Origin: Oligoflexia bacterium
Lineage (GTDB): Bacteria; Bdellovibrionota; Bdellovibrionia; JABDDW01
Length of the DNA stretch: 36,734 bases
Reading direction: 5' to 3'
Assembly (NCBI GenBank): GCA_043732305.1
Contig: JAYTHU010000068.1
Location: forward strand, 1-36,734
Part shown: piece after piece, positions 17,405-27,149 of the stretch
Numbering within the stretch: position 1 is the first letter of the stretch
How the letters are laid out: each line of letters begins with the position of its first letter
Made by a program: the position numbers and the translations under genes
The notes under the pieces: model-generated
What the model was told of the DNA's origin: nothing
The model's input: only the letters and a program-made list of their open reading frames with translations
Database searches by the model: none

Positions 17405-18898
17405 GTGAAGCCACGCCGATTTTTTTTCAAAATTTTTAGTCCGCTCACTTGGGCGTTTATCTTGGCATTGACCGGTATTGGTCTAAGCACTGTCTGGTAT
17501 TTCACAGGTGAGAAAAAATTCACGCCAAAAATTAAAACCGATTACTTAGCTTTGGCTCAAATCACCAAAATAAAAAATGAAGTTCAGAAGAAATTAATTC
17601 AAGAGATCATTTGGAAAAATCTCAAAAGCGGTGATCCTTTTTATTTCAACGAAGTCATTCGCACATCGGAAAATTCAGAAGTTGAATTGGTTTTAAAAAA
17701 TGGAACACAAATTGACTTGGATCCAGATTCTGCTCTGCGAATTTGGGAAGTCAATGGTGAGGTGAATATTGACTTTATTCAAGGCCACATTTTCTTTCGG
17801 GCATTTAGCTCTAAGAGTGCGGACGTCATTCTTAACTCCGGAAGCGCTAAAGTTCTCCTCCGCAATTGCGAAGCAACTTTCGATTCGTTCAACTCGGGTC
17901 GGGCGCTTGAGATTCAGGTCTATCGTGGAAATTTAGAAATCAATCAGCGGCGCACGAAAGTTATATTGGATCGGGACAAAACAGGGATTGTCAGTGAAAA
18001 GGGTGTTGAGGTTCGCAATCTTTCAATGCTGGTCAAATCTCCGGGGCCGTACAGTGCTGTCTTTGTGCATGATTCCAAAATCGAGCCGGTGATATTTGAA
18101 TGGCAGCCAATTCCCGAGAGCTATAACGTGTATCTTGAAATTGGCGAAACCAGAATGAAAATGGAGCGCATGTTTCCGCCGGTACCGGGAAAGAGTGGCT
18201 ACATTGCAATGAAGTTAGCTTTGGGAAATTATTATTGGCGCTTGGTGGCCGTAGGTGGAAAAAATCAAATGTTCTGGAGCGGCATTGAAAAATTCACGGT
18301 GAAGGATGAAACTCCACCACTATTGATTTCTCCGGTGGGAGATATGCTCGCAATTCCATCGCCACAGACAGGCCTTTTGGATTTGCGGTGGGCCAATCCA
18401 TCGCACTTAGAAAATCTCCACGTGGAAGTCGCTAGAGATTATCAGTTTCTATCTGATGTTTATAGTGAGGCAATTCAAGACACTGGTATCCACGAAGCGC
18501 CGCTCACAGAAGATGGAATTTACTTTTGGCGCGTTTCTGGTTTTCGATCTGGGACTACTAAAGAGGTGACAAGTCAAATTCAGCGATTTGTTTTGCGCAC
18601 AAGATTTCCACTAATCCCGCCCATTTTGAGGGAGCCTTCCGCGCGTTCAATTCTGAGTCTTAGTAAAGTTCTTAGCGATGGACTTTATCTCTCATGGTTT
18701 CCTGTAACCGGGATTGATCGTTACGCAGTGAAAGTCATTGATCAAAAAGGCGCGATTTATTTTGAAGGTTTCGTAGATCAGCTCACTCAAATTAAAGTGA
18801 ATCTAACCCGGCCGGGAATTTACCGTTGGGAAGTTTTTTCTATGAATGCTGATGAAGAAAGTTCCAGGCCAGCAGAGGCAGCTTTTGAAGTTCGCTAG
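17405..18898 (+). CDS. FecR-domain protein with C-terminal FN3/Ig-like repeats
   Basis: N-terminal TM; IRTSENSEVELVLKNGTQIDLDPDS FecR-like motif; repeated G-x-Y-x-W-R/E-V strands. Confidence 0.75.
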   Translation: MKPRRFFFKIFSPLTWAFILALTGIGLSTVWYFTGEKKFTPKIKTDYLALAQITKIKNEVQKKLIQEIIWKNLKSGDPFYFNEVIRTSENSEVELVLKNGTQIDLDPDSALRIWEVNGEVNIDFIQGHIFFRAFSSKSADVILNSGSAKVLLRNCEATFDSFNSGRALEIQVYRGNLEINQRRTKVILDRDKTGIVSEKGVEVRNLSMLVKSPGPYSAVFVHDSKIEPVIFEWQPIPESYNVYLEIGETRMKMERMFPPVPGKSGYIAMKLALGNYYWRLVAVGGKNQMFWSGIEKFTVKDETPPLLISPVGDMLAIPSPQTGLLDLRWANPSHLENLHVEVARDYQFLSDVYSEAIQDTGIHEAPLTEDGIYFWRVSGFRSGTTKEVTSQIQRFVLRTRFPLIPPILREPSARSILSLSKVLSDGLYLSWFPVTGIDRYAVKVIDQKGAIYFEGFVDQLTQIKVNLTRPGIYRWEVFSMNADEESSRPAEAAFEVR

Positions 18899-19965
18899 CG
18901 TGTTTTAAGATTCTTTTCTGCATATTTACTTAGCGCTATCACCAAGTCCGCCGTTTCATCATCTGATTCAACTTGAAGAATTAAATTTGCACCCGTCTCA
19001 CCTGCAACTTGGATTTTTTCAGTTAAATTCACAATTGGTTTTGAGATGCTAGATGAAATCAAAATCGCAATAAAAAGTGTTAAAGAGAGAAGTAGTCCAG
19101 TAATAAACCAGAGTTGTCTTTTGCTTTTCCCATACTCACTCATAAGTTTTGACTCTGAAGCGAGCGCAATGATGGTCACTCCCCATGATGTTTTGCTGAA
19201 GGCTGCCAAAAATCTATCCCCGGTTTCGGGATCGTAAAATTCGGTGTTCCCTTCGTTGAGGGTAGAACCTAATGCTTGGCTGACCGCTGGGATGGAAGAA
19301 AGATCTTTGCCGCTTAGTGCAAGCTTTTCAATTTGGTGAGCAAGCAGATGACCTTCTCGGTCTATGGCGAATAGTGTTTTATCCTTGGAGACTGAAAAAA
19401 CATTTTGTATTGCATCCATTCTGAAATCAACAAAGACTACGTTGTGTGCTTCCCCAGTCGAATATTTGTCATAAGGGTAAGAAAGCGTGAGAACTGGAAT
19501 TCCGCCTGGAAGGCTTGAGTTCCGAACAATTACTTCCCCAGAGAAAGCTGCTCTCCAAGGAAAATTATTCATCTGGCGAAGATGATCAATAAATTCTCCG
19601 TTAAGGGAATGGGTTTTCAAGAATGAATTATTAGTCGCTTTTTTTGTTAAATTTATTTTGCCATTTTCACTGGAGTAAATCTCAATACTCATGATTTCAC
19701 TATCAACAAACTCGGTGGGGGAAATATTTTTTCCCACAGTTTTACTAAGCATACTTGCTGCCAGCAGATTTGATTTTGCGGAAATATTTTGCAGATTCTG
19801 TTGAATTTGTGAGGAAAAAATTCGGGCTTGGTCGGAATTGAGAAAATTTTCTCTTTCAATCAATTGATTCTTAATGATCCTGTTGGACCAAAAAATCAAC
19901 GACACGCATGAAACACTTACGAGAACTAAACTCCAGAACACGATCTTAAAAGTTATTGATTTCAT
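18895..19965 (-). CDS. Cache-domain membrane sensor with degenerate HAMP and no output domain
   Basis: TM1, a ~260-aa extracytoplasmic region (FAIDREGHLLAH), TM2, then ISKPIVNL...VESDDETADL (HAMP-like) followed by a stop. Confidence 0.8.
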   Translation of the reverse strand: MKSITFKIVFWSLVLVSVSCVSLIFWSNRIIKNQLIERENFLNSDQARIFSSQIQQNLQNISAKSNLLAASMLSKTVGKNISPTEFVDSEIMSIEIYSSENGKINLTKKATNNSFLKTHSLNGEFIDHLRQMNNFPWRAAFSGEVIVRNSSLPGGIPVLTLSYPYDKYSTGEAHNVVFVDFRMDAIQNVFSVSKDKTLFAIDREGHLLAHQIEKLALSGKDLSSIPAVSQALGSTLNEGNTEFYDPETGDRFLAAFSKTSWGVTIIALASESKLMSEYGKSKRQLWFITGLLLSLTLFIAILISSSISKPIVNLTEKIQVAGETGANLILQVESDDETADLVIALSKYAEKNLKTR

Positions 19966-20034
19966 AGTTGGCTTCAGTGTGACACAGATGCTCTAATGGG
20001 TCTCGGCTTATTTAAGTTTAAGGGGGGATTCCTG

Positions 20035-21327
20035 ATGTCTTTGAAATTTGCGATCGGCATTTTTTTGTCCATTTGTATGTGCGTTTCGGTCACCGCTTTC
20101 GCCGTCGAAACCGATGAGGTCGTAAAGATTCCTCCTTCTGTCTCACCAACAACTTCCCCGTTGGCACCGTCAGCTCCGGAGCTCGTAACTGTTCCGCAGT
20201 CTTCCGCACCTGAGTCGGCCACACTTCTGCCGGTTGCATCTGCGACGCCGACACCCGTGAATGATTTTTTAAACAATATTAAAATTGGTGGGCTTGTTGA
20301 TTTTTACTATCTCTATGATTTTAATCTTCCCGCGCCCGCCACCACGGGCAACCTTTCAACCTCTGGGGCTGCTCCAAAAGGCAACGTCGTTTATATGCCT
20401 TACACGTATGCGGATCAATTCACCTTGAACATGGCCATGCTTTCGATAAAAAAAGATGCTGATCCCGTTGGCTTTAGACTTGATCTTGCTTACGGCCCCG
20501 AAACATCGATGCTTTCGTCTGGTGGAACATCTTTAGATTCCACAACAAGCCCAATCGCTCAAGCCTACTTGATTTATAAAGGTCCTTACGGAATAACTGT
20601 CACTGCCGGAAAATTTAATTCCCTCGTTGGTTTTGAAAGCCACTATGCCAATGAAAATTTCAACTACACCTTTAGTTATGGCCACATTTGGGCGGCGCCG
20701 TTGTGGCATGAAGGCGTTATTTTATCTCGTGATTTTGGAAGTTTAATTGAAGCAGATATTTATGTCGTTAATGGTTGGAGCACCTTTTATGAAAACAATG
20801 CTTCTAAATCGGTTGGTGCTCGATTGAAATTGAATGTAATAGATCGCCTAAAAGTGACCTTGGGTGTCATCAGTGGAAATGAAACTCCGGTCGGTGGAGC
20901 TGATCAAAAAACTTCGAGTGAAGCGATCATTGATTGGAAGGTGTTTTCTGCTTTGCAAATAGCCATCGATGGAATTTATTCTTTTGAATCTCACAGTGGT
21001 GGAAATCTTCAGCAAGTCAGCAGTGGAGCCTTGTATGCAAAGTACCTTTTAAACAGTCGGATTTATTTTGCTGCTCGCTATGAAATGTATTATGACGACG
21101 CTCTTTTCAGCTCAGGGTTGCGAACTTCCAACCCCAATCCAGCAACGGCTCAAACCATCAACTCATACACTGGAACAGCTGATTTCAAAGCGGCAGAAAA
21201 TCTGCATTTCAAACTTGAGCTTCGAACGGATAAAACAAACGGGACTGTTTTTCCATTTGCGGACAAAAGTGGCGTGGCCACTTCTTCCCAGACTCTTGGC
21301 CTCGTTGCCGCAACTCTTGCGTTCTGA
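20035..21327 (+). CDS. Outer-membrane beta-barrel porin (BBP2/OmpL-like)
   Basis: Signal peptide, P/S/T-rich linker, GLVDFYYLYDFN, GKFNSLVGFES..NFNY, NGW and C-terminal Phe; start moved to ATG 20035 (SD gggggg). Confidence 0.8.
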   Translation: MSLKFAIGIFLSICMCVSVTAFAVETDEVVKIPPSVSPTTSPLAPSAPELVTVPQSSAPESATLLPVASATPTPVNDFLNNIKIGGLVDFYYLYDFNLPAPATTGNLSTSGAAPKGNVVYMPYTYADQFTLNMAMLSIKKDADPVGFRLDLAYGPETSMLSSGGTSLDSTTSPIAQAYLIYKGPYGITVTAGKFNSLVGFESHYANENFNYTFSYGHIWAAPLWHEGVILSRDFGSLIEADIYVVNGWSTFYENNASKSVGARLKLNVIDRLKVTLGVISGNETPVGGADQKTSSEAIIDWKVFSALQIAIDGIYSFESHSGGNLQQVSSGALYAKYLLNSRIYFAARYEMYYDDALFSSGLRTSNPNPATAQTINSYTGTADFKAAENLHFKLELRTDKTNGTVFPFADKSGVATSSQTLGLVAATLAF

Positions 21328-21497
21328 TAAACTTATAAGATCGGCAATTTGCAAATTTTTGTTGTTTGAAGTTTTCTCGTATTAACTTCTGTTCCAGTTT
21401 ATTCCACAGATCTCGCTCCAGATTGACTCACTCACTATCCGTCGTGACCGAGAACGTATGACTGAAGATGAGTTTTTGTATGTGGATGGCGGAATGA

Positions 21498-22568
21498 TTA
21501 CTCGTAATTTTTCATGACGCTCGCTAAAATTTCAGCGGACGGGCGAAGTTCATTTTCATTCAGTGCGAACAACGGTTTTTGACCGAGCACTAAAACTTCA
21601 GCCAAATCATGACTTTCAGGATGCACGTAGAAAAGGCCGGTCAACAAATGGCCGTCGTTTTTGGATTGTTCCAAAAGTGTCAGCGCGGCGATCTTGCTGG
21701 TAGGATCGAAATCACGCTTTAATTTCTTCAAAGTCACAATCGCACCATCAGGAAATACAACTTCAGTGATTGTCCCTTCAGCGTAGTCTACTTTAATTTC
21801 TTCTGCGCCATGAACAAAACCGATTTCATGAAGGGCTTCGTCTTTTTCTTTCACAGCTAAGTAACTGCGTGAGGAACCTTCGTGATTGTTAAATGTCACG
21901 CAGGGGCTGATGCAATCAATGACGGCAGTTCCTTTGTGTGAGATTGCGCCTTTGATCAAAGGGATGAGCTGCTTGGGGTCGCCAGAAAAACTACGAGCCA
22001 CATAAGTGCAACCCATGTTGATTGCGAGGGAACAAATGTCGATCTGTTCGAAATGATTGACAGCGCCATGTTTCAATTTTGATTCTTTGTCCGCAGTTGC
22101 AGAAAATTGTCCTTTGGTGAGTCCGTACACTCCGTTATTTTCAACGATGTAAACCATATCGACATTTCGTCTGATCAAATGACTGAACTGACCTAAGCCA
22201 ATGCTGGCGGTGTCGCCATCGCCGCTGACGGCAATCATGTTCAAATTTCTGTTCGCAAGTTTTGCGCCCGTCGAAACCGAAGGCATACGTCCGTGAACGC
22301 TGTTGAATCCGTGAGCTTGTCCCATGAAGTAAGCTGGTGTTTTTGAAGAGCAACCTATGCCCGACATTTTAGCTACGTCATGGGGATTAATTCCCAGTTC
22401 GAAAAAAGAACTGATGATGTGATTGGTGATGCTGTCATGCCCGCAACCAATGCAAAGTGTGCTTGGAGCACCTTTGTAATCATTTTTTGCGAGACCGATT
22501 TTATTTGTATTCGGAGTGACGCTTGATACAGGAGACGCTGGGGGTGCTGTAGGAGCTGTGGTTGTCAT
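21498..22568 (-). CDS. korB: 2-oxoacid:ferredoxin oxidoreductase beta subunit
   Basis: CIGCGH, SGIGCSS, HGR, TPP motif GDGD..NNGVYGLTKGQ and SPCVTFN; ATG 22568 preferred over TTG 22574. Substrate not determinable. Confidence 0.92.
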   Translation of the reverse strand: MTTTAPTAPPASPVSSVTPNTNKIGLAKNDYKGAPSTLCIGCGHDSITNHIISSFFELGINPHDVAKMSGIGCSSKTPAYFMGQAHGFNSVHGRMPSVSTGAKLANRNLNMIAVSGDGDTASIGLGQFSHLIRRNVDMVYIVENNGVYGLTKGQFSATADKESKLKHGAVNHFEQIDICSLAINMGCTYVARSFSGDPKQLIPLIKGAISHKGTAVIDCISPCVTFNNHEGSSRSYLAVKEKDEALHEIGFVHGAEEIKVDYAEGTITEVVFPDGAIVTLKKLKRDFDPTSKIAALTLLEQSKNDGHLLTGLFYVHPESHDLAEVLVLGQKPLFALNENELRPSAEILASVMKNYE

Positions 22569-22570
22569 GG

Positions 22571-24376
22571 TCAAACACCTTTCTCAATTTTAAGTATGCC
22601 TTCAGAAATAGATTCGGCATCAATGGGAAGTCCATCATAGTAACGAACTGATCTTGTTTTCATCGCCATCTCGGGACCAAGATCACTGTTTAGAATTTCA
22701 GCCATCTGGCCATCGCGATTTTGTTCCACCACATAAACGCGTTTATTCTTTTTGTAAAATTCTTTTACTTCTTCATTGAAAGGCAATGCACGGACGCGGA
22801 GATAATTTGTTTTCAATCCACTCTTTTTCAAAAAGTCCTGTGACTCAGCAATAGCTAAATCTGTAGAACCGAAAGCAAGGATTCCAACTTCGGCGCCGGA
22901 TTCTTCTTTCAAGATAGCCGTGGGAACATATTTTTTTGCGGTTTGATATTTGCGAGTCAAACGGTCCACCAGATACACATAGTCTTCTGGTTTTTCAGAA
23001 TATTTAGCGGCCTCATTGTGGCCTGATCCGCGAGTGAAATAAGAAGCCAGTTTGTGATTGGTTCCGGGCAACGTCCGATAAGGAATGGCATCGCCATCGA
23101 CATCTTTGTAGCGATCAAATTTCCCAGCTTTTTCTAAACCTGCGGCATCAAGAACTTTTCCGCGATCAAAAGGTTTAGTCGGCATTTTGAATTTTTCTGA
23201 AGACCACATGTTCATACCCAAATCTAAATCACTCATCACAAAGATCGGAGTTTGCAAACGGTCAGCCATATCAAACGCTTGTTGAGCGAATTCATAACAT
23301 TCAACTGGGTTTCCAGGAATCAGCATGGGATGACGGGTGTCTCCGTGACTGAGTGTGTTTACAAAACCAATATCGCCTTGCATGGTGCGAGTGGGTAGTC
23401 CAGTAGAAGGGCCGGTTCTCTGAATGTCAAAAATAACGGCAGGAATTTCTGTGAAATAACCGTAGCCCGTGAATTCGGCCATGAGACTGATTCCAGGACC
23501 GGAAGTTGCGGTCATCGCGCGAGCGCCAGCCCAGCCGGCGCCAAGAACCATTCCGATAGCTGCAATTTCATCTTCGGCTTGTACGGCTGCAAAGTTTTTA
23601 GTTCCGTCAGCTGCTACACGGTAATCTTCCATGTAGTCAATCAAAGATTCGCAGACAGAACTTGAAGGTGTGATGGGATACCAAGCGAGCATAGTACAAC
23701 CGCCATAGAGACAGCCCAGAGCTGCGGCATTGTTTCCGTCCATCACGATTTTATCTTTGTTCTCATTCATTTTAGCGACGGAGTAGGGATCAGCTTTTTT
23801 CAGGTTGGCTTTTACATAGTCCATTCCAACTTGCACCGCTTTGAGATTGCTCTCTACCACTTTAGCTTTTGATGCGAAATTATCATTGACCGCTTTGGTC
23901 AGCACGTTCAGGTCGATGCCTAGAAGTTCAGCTAAAACTCCAACGTAAATCATGTTGGTCAAAAGTTTTCTGAGTTTGATTTCAGTGAAATTTTCTTCAG
24001 CCAATTTTTTAAAAGGAATAGCATAGTAGGTGACGTCGTCGCGTTTCATTTGCGATGTCACTGGGAGTTCGGTCGGGTGAATGATCACTCCGCCTTTTTT
24101 TGCCGAAGCATGATCTTCCAGCCAGGTGGCGGGGTTCATGGCGACAATGATGTCGAGATCTTTTTTGCGAGCAATGTAACCATTTTTATTTATACGAATA
24201 GTGTACCAAGTAGGGAGACCTTGAATATTAGAAGGAAAAAGATTTTTCGCTCCTGATGGAATTCCCATTCTGAATAATGTTTTGAGTAAGATATTGTTGG
24301 CTGACTGTGATCCGCTTCCGTTGACCGTGGCGACACAAATGCTGCAATCATTGACGATAGATGCTGCTGGTGACAT
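22571..24376 (-). CDS. korA: 2-oxoacid:acceptor oxidoreductase alpha subunit (gamma-alpha fusion)
   Basis: NGSGSQSAN, WYPITPSS, QAEDEIAA, TATSGPG and QRTGPSTGLPT. Substrate not determinable. Confidence 0.93.
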   Translation of the reverse strand: MSPAASIVNDCSICVATVNGSGSQSANNILLKTLFRMGIPSGAKNLFPSNIQGLPTWYTIRINKNGYIARKKDLDIIVAMNPATWLEDHASAKKGGVIIHPTELPVTSQMKRDDVTYYAIPFKKLAEENFTEIKLRKLLTNMIYVGVLAELLGIDLNVLTKAVNDNFASKAKVVESNLKAVQVGMDYVKANLKKADPYSVAKMNENKDKIVMDGNNAAALGCLYGGCTMLAWYPITPSSSVCESLIDYMEDYRVAADGTKNFAAVQAEDEIAAIGMVLGAGWAGARAMTATSGPGISLMAEFTGYGYFTEIPAVIFDIQRTGPSTGLPTRTMQGDIGFVNTLSHGDTRHPMLIPGNPVECYEFAQQAFDMADRLQTPIFVMSDLDLGMNMWSSEKFKMPTKPFDRGKVLDAAGLEKAGKFDRYKDVDGDAIPYRTLPGTNHKLASYFTRGSGHNEAAKYSEKPEDYVYLVDRLTRKYQTAKKYVPTAILKEESGAEVGILAFGSTDLAIAESQDFLKKSGLKTNYLRVRALPFNEEVKEFYKKNKRVYVVEQNRDGQMAEILNSDLGPEMAMKTRSVRYYDGLPIDAESISEGILKIEKGV

Positions 24377-24458
24377 GAAATGTTGACCCTCGTGAAATTT
24401 GAATTTTTAGCTCAGACAATAGTTTTGACCCGAAAAGGCTTCCGAGGCAAGTCTTTCG

Positions 24459-24989
24459 CTAAGCGTTATTCTGAATTTCTTCGAGTTCTTCTAGTACTTT
24501 TTGGACCTCATGGTGCCCCGGAGAGATTTTCAGAGCTGATTTGAACTCCCGAATGGCTTCTTCGAATCGACCGAGCACTGAGTAAACTCGTCCTAAATTG
24601 ATATATGGGAAGTGCGGGGTGTCGTAGTTGCTGGCCATTTTTGCTTTTTCAAGCCAAGGGATGGCTTCTTCTAAATCACCTTTTTGGATAAGATAATTTC
24701 CGATGTCATTCCACGGAGTGCCGATTTGAGGATTTATTTTAATCGCTTCTTTGCAAAGATTAATGGCCGTATCAAAATCATCTTCCATCGAAAGCACCCA
24801 CGCAAGATAAGTGTAGGCTTCGGAATTTGGAAGAGCATTGATTGATTTTTTTAAACATTCAATTGCTGGAGCAAGATCTCCTTGAGAAATGTGATATTTC
24901 CCATCTTCCAGAAATCGATTTGCTTTAAACGCCTCAAGATTCAAAACACCCTGAGCCGGATTTGTCGAATGCGCTGTTTGATTTTTCAA
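24459..24989 (-). CDS. Small TPR protein
   Basis: About four TPR repeats (AYTYLAW, PWNDIG, PYINLGRVY); TTG start with SD ggagg. Confidence 0.88.
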   Translation of the reverse strand: MKNQTAHSTNPAQGVLNLEAFKANRFLEDGKYHISQGDLAPAIECLKKSINALPNSEAYTYLAWVLSMEDDFDTAINLCKEAIKINPQIGTPWNDIGNYLIQKGDLEEAIPWLEKAKMASNYDTPHFPYINLGRVYSVLGRFEEAIREFKSALKISPGHHEVQKVLEELEEIQNNA

Positions 24990-25016
24990 TAATCCATCCT
25001 CCCTACTCCAAACCTA

Positions 25017-25469
25017 TTAAAACTTTGTCTCCTCGTCAATGCGTTGAAATTTTAGAGTTGTATGGGAATTAGTCAGTCCGTCTAAACGTTCTAGCAAAAG
25101 CAGTTTTTCCCAAGCTGGGATGCCCACGTCATCGGAGTAAAGCGACCAATGTCCTGAGGATTTGCCCACAAAAACAGGTTCCCAGTTTCTCAGAATCTTC
25201 TGCGCTTCGGAGACCGAAATAGAGAAGAACTGGGGATGTCCAGACTCTGTGAGTGTGTGCAAAATGCGAGGGGCGGGATTGAGCGCCTGAATGCCCCAAG
25301 GAACAGACAACTTGTCACTCAGGTTAATGACTTCAGTTTTTGATTTTGAATGGCGTCTGGCCCAATCAAGGGCACTCAGCCCTGTTTCATGATAGGGCCA
25401 CCAAAACCAAGGGACTTCAACAATTGTCAATTTGCTGAAATGGGTTTCTAGCCAGTCGTTGAGTTTCAT
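25017..25469 (-). CDS. Hypothetical Trp-rich protein (~150 aa)
   Basis: Start placed at MKLNDW, where ATGA overlaps the methyltransferase stop. Confidence 0.7.
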   Translation of the reverse strand: MKLNDWLETHFSKLTIVEVPWFWWPYHETGLSALDWARRHSKSKTEVINLSDKLSVPWGIQALNPAPRILHTLTESGHPQFFSISVSEAQKILRNWEPVFVGKSSGHWSLYSDDVGIPAWEKLLLLERLDGLTNSHTTLKFQRIDEETKF

Positions 25470-26599
25470 ATGAGCAAGTTCTCTAGTTTCGTCAGCTTCC
25501 CTAGTAAAATCCAACGGGCACGGTGCAATTCTTCTATTGCTACCTTCTGAGCTTTGGATAGTTCTCGGATGGAATAGGGCCGATTTTTAAGATTCTTGAT
25601 GAGAGTGCGATGAGTTTCAGAGAGGGTAATTTTCTTTCGAAGAATGCCCGAATAGAAAGATCTCTGAGACGCGGCAACCGAGCCCTGGACAATCAAAGGA
25701 TGAAGAAAGATATAATCTTCTAAAACTTTTTCTGTTTGATTGGTTTTACTCACCCAAAATGTGAAAGGGGCCGGCCATTGATCAAAACTTTCGAGATAGT
25801 CAATTTTCTCTTCTATTACTGGGGCGCCCGAAATGAGATTCCAAAGCGTGTCTGAGAAATCCCAGGCTTTGATAAAAAGTCCGGCGGCTTTCAACTCTAA
25901 TTCTAACTCATTTAGTAAAAATGATCTTTCGTGAGCATGGAGAAAGGCGTCGACTAAACCGCGAGTATTTTTGCTTTCAGGATGGGTTTCGAACGTGATT
26001 CTCAGTGGATTTTCATTTGGCAGAGAACTTATAAACTTCCGAGTATTTTTCTCAAAATTTTTATCGGCTGGAGATATGCCTAAAATCTTCAAAGTTTCGC
26101 GCAAATATTGAATGCGTCTCCGACTAGTTTTTGAATAGATCATCAGTCGAGCGAATCCTTCAGGTTTCAACATTTCTGAAAGGGCGTTCAGTCCAGCTGA
26201 AAAATCGGCCATATGATGGAGGACGCCGTAGCTATGAATGTAGTCAAAATGATTTTTCCGAATTTTAGCAAATTCCAAAATATCCTGCGCGTGATGTTCA
26301 ACTTTGGCTCCAAATATTTTGCAGCGCAACCGAGATTGTTGAATAGTTTTTTCACTCACATCACAAGCTAGGACATTTGCTTTCGGGTGGGCCAAGCCAA
26401 AAACCAAGGCCTCGCTGGTGCCACAGCCGAGGAGTGCAATATTTTTTCCGTGATGTGATTCTATTTTACCGTGAACAAGAGATTGGCCGGTTTCGAAAGT
26501 GGCATGTATACCCGATAATCTTTGGGGTTTTGCCAGCCAAGAAAATTTAGGGTAAGGGAAACGTTCGTATTGATCTTTAACTGACTTTTCAATCTCCAT
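25466..26599 (-). CDS. Class I SAM-dependent methyltransferase
   Basis: QYERFPYP, LLGCGT, ACDVS, FDYIHSYGVLHH, LKPEG and DAFLHAHE. Confidence 0.92.
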   Translation of the reverse strand: MEIEKSVKDQYERFPYPKFSWLAKPQRLSGIHATFETGQSLVHGKIESHHGKNIALLGCGTSEALVFGLAHPKANVLACDVSEKTIQQSRLRCKIFGAKVEHHAQDILEFAKIRKNHFDYIHSYGVLHHMADFSAGLNALSEMLKPEGFARLMIYSKTSRRRIQYLRETLKILGISPADKNFEKNTRKFISSLPNENPLRITFETHPESKNTRGLVDAFLHAHERSFLLNELELELKAAGLFIKAWDFSDTLWNLISGAPVIEEKIDYLESFDQWPAPFTFWVSKTNQTEKVLEDYIFLHPLIVQGSVAASQRSFYSGILRKKITLSETHRTLIKNLKNRPYSIRELSKAQKVAIEELHRARWILLGKLTKLENLLI

Positions 26600-26605
26600 A
26601 AGGAG

Positions 26606-26635
26606 ATTGTGCCAGAATTATGTCGCGTCTCCCAA
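26606..26635 (-). promoter_or_regulatory. Putative leaderless promoter of the methyltransferase operon
   Basis: TTGGGA-N18-CACAAT (TGn-extended)-N6-ATG; no SD. Confidence 0.45.
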
Positions 26636-27114
26636 GTAAATCATTGATCTACTCAGCGTTCTGCCAAAATACAACCGCGATAGTTCGATCTCTGTTCCTA
26701 GGCCGTTCTTCTTCCCATTTTTTCCGAATATAAAGGGAGCTTTTTGTCTGATGCGTGAGATATCGAATGGAAAATCAAGATCAATAAACTGACTTCTTTC
26801 AATGTCATTTTCATGAAAGTCCTAATGGGCTGAGGGTTTAAAACTTTCAGGGTCGAGACCCGCGTATCTAGCTAGATATTCCACATCGTTAACAGAGAGC
26901 AAATCTCTTCCTAAAATTTCTTTAGCTTGTTGCAGATTCCCATGTGTTCGGCTGGGAATTCTCCCAAGAAAATCGCCGAGGGCGTTGCTGTTGTCTGCCG
27001 CGAGGACTCCGCTAAGCGATATTTTGTGCAGTGCTTAATTTGTTTATGCCAAAAATTCTTGTCCAATGGCCAAAACTTCGTCGAAAACCAAATGTCTTTT
27101 AATCTGTGAATATC

Positions 27115-27143
27115 TTGAGTTTTTGATGTGCGTTAAGTAGTCT
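27115..27143 (+). promoter_or_regulatory. Putative leaderless sigma70 promoter of ppk1
   Basis: TTGAGT-N17-TAGTCT-N6-ATG; no SD. Confidence 0.5.
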
Positions 27144-27149
27144 CTTTTC

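Noticed and set aside
19974..20276. 100-aa minus ORF upstream of the Cache gene
   Set aside because: It is the antisense shadow of the porin signal peptide and Pro/Ser/Thr linker.
21386..21517. Short frame ending YVDGGM (SDR C-terminus-like) and a ttattccaca DnaA-box-like word
   Set aside because: Too short, no other SDR motifs, overlaps the korB end; the DnaA box is imperfect and isolated.
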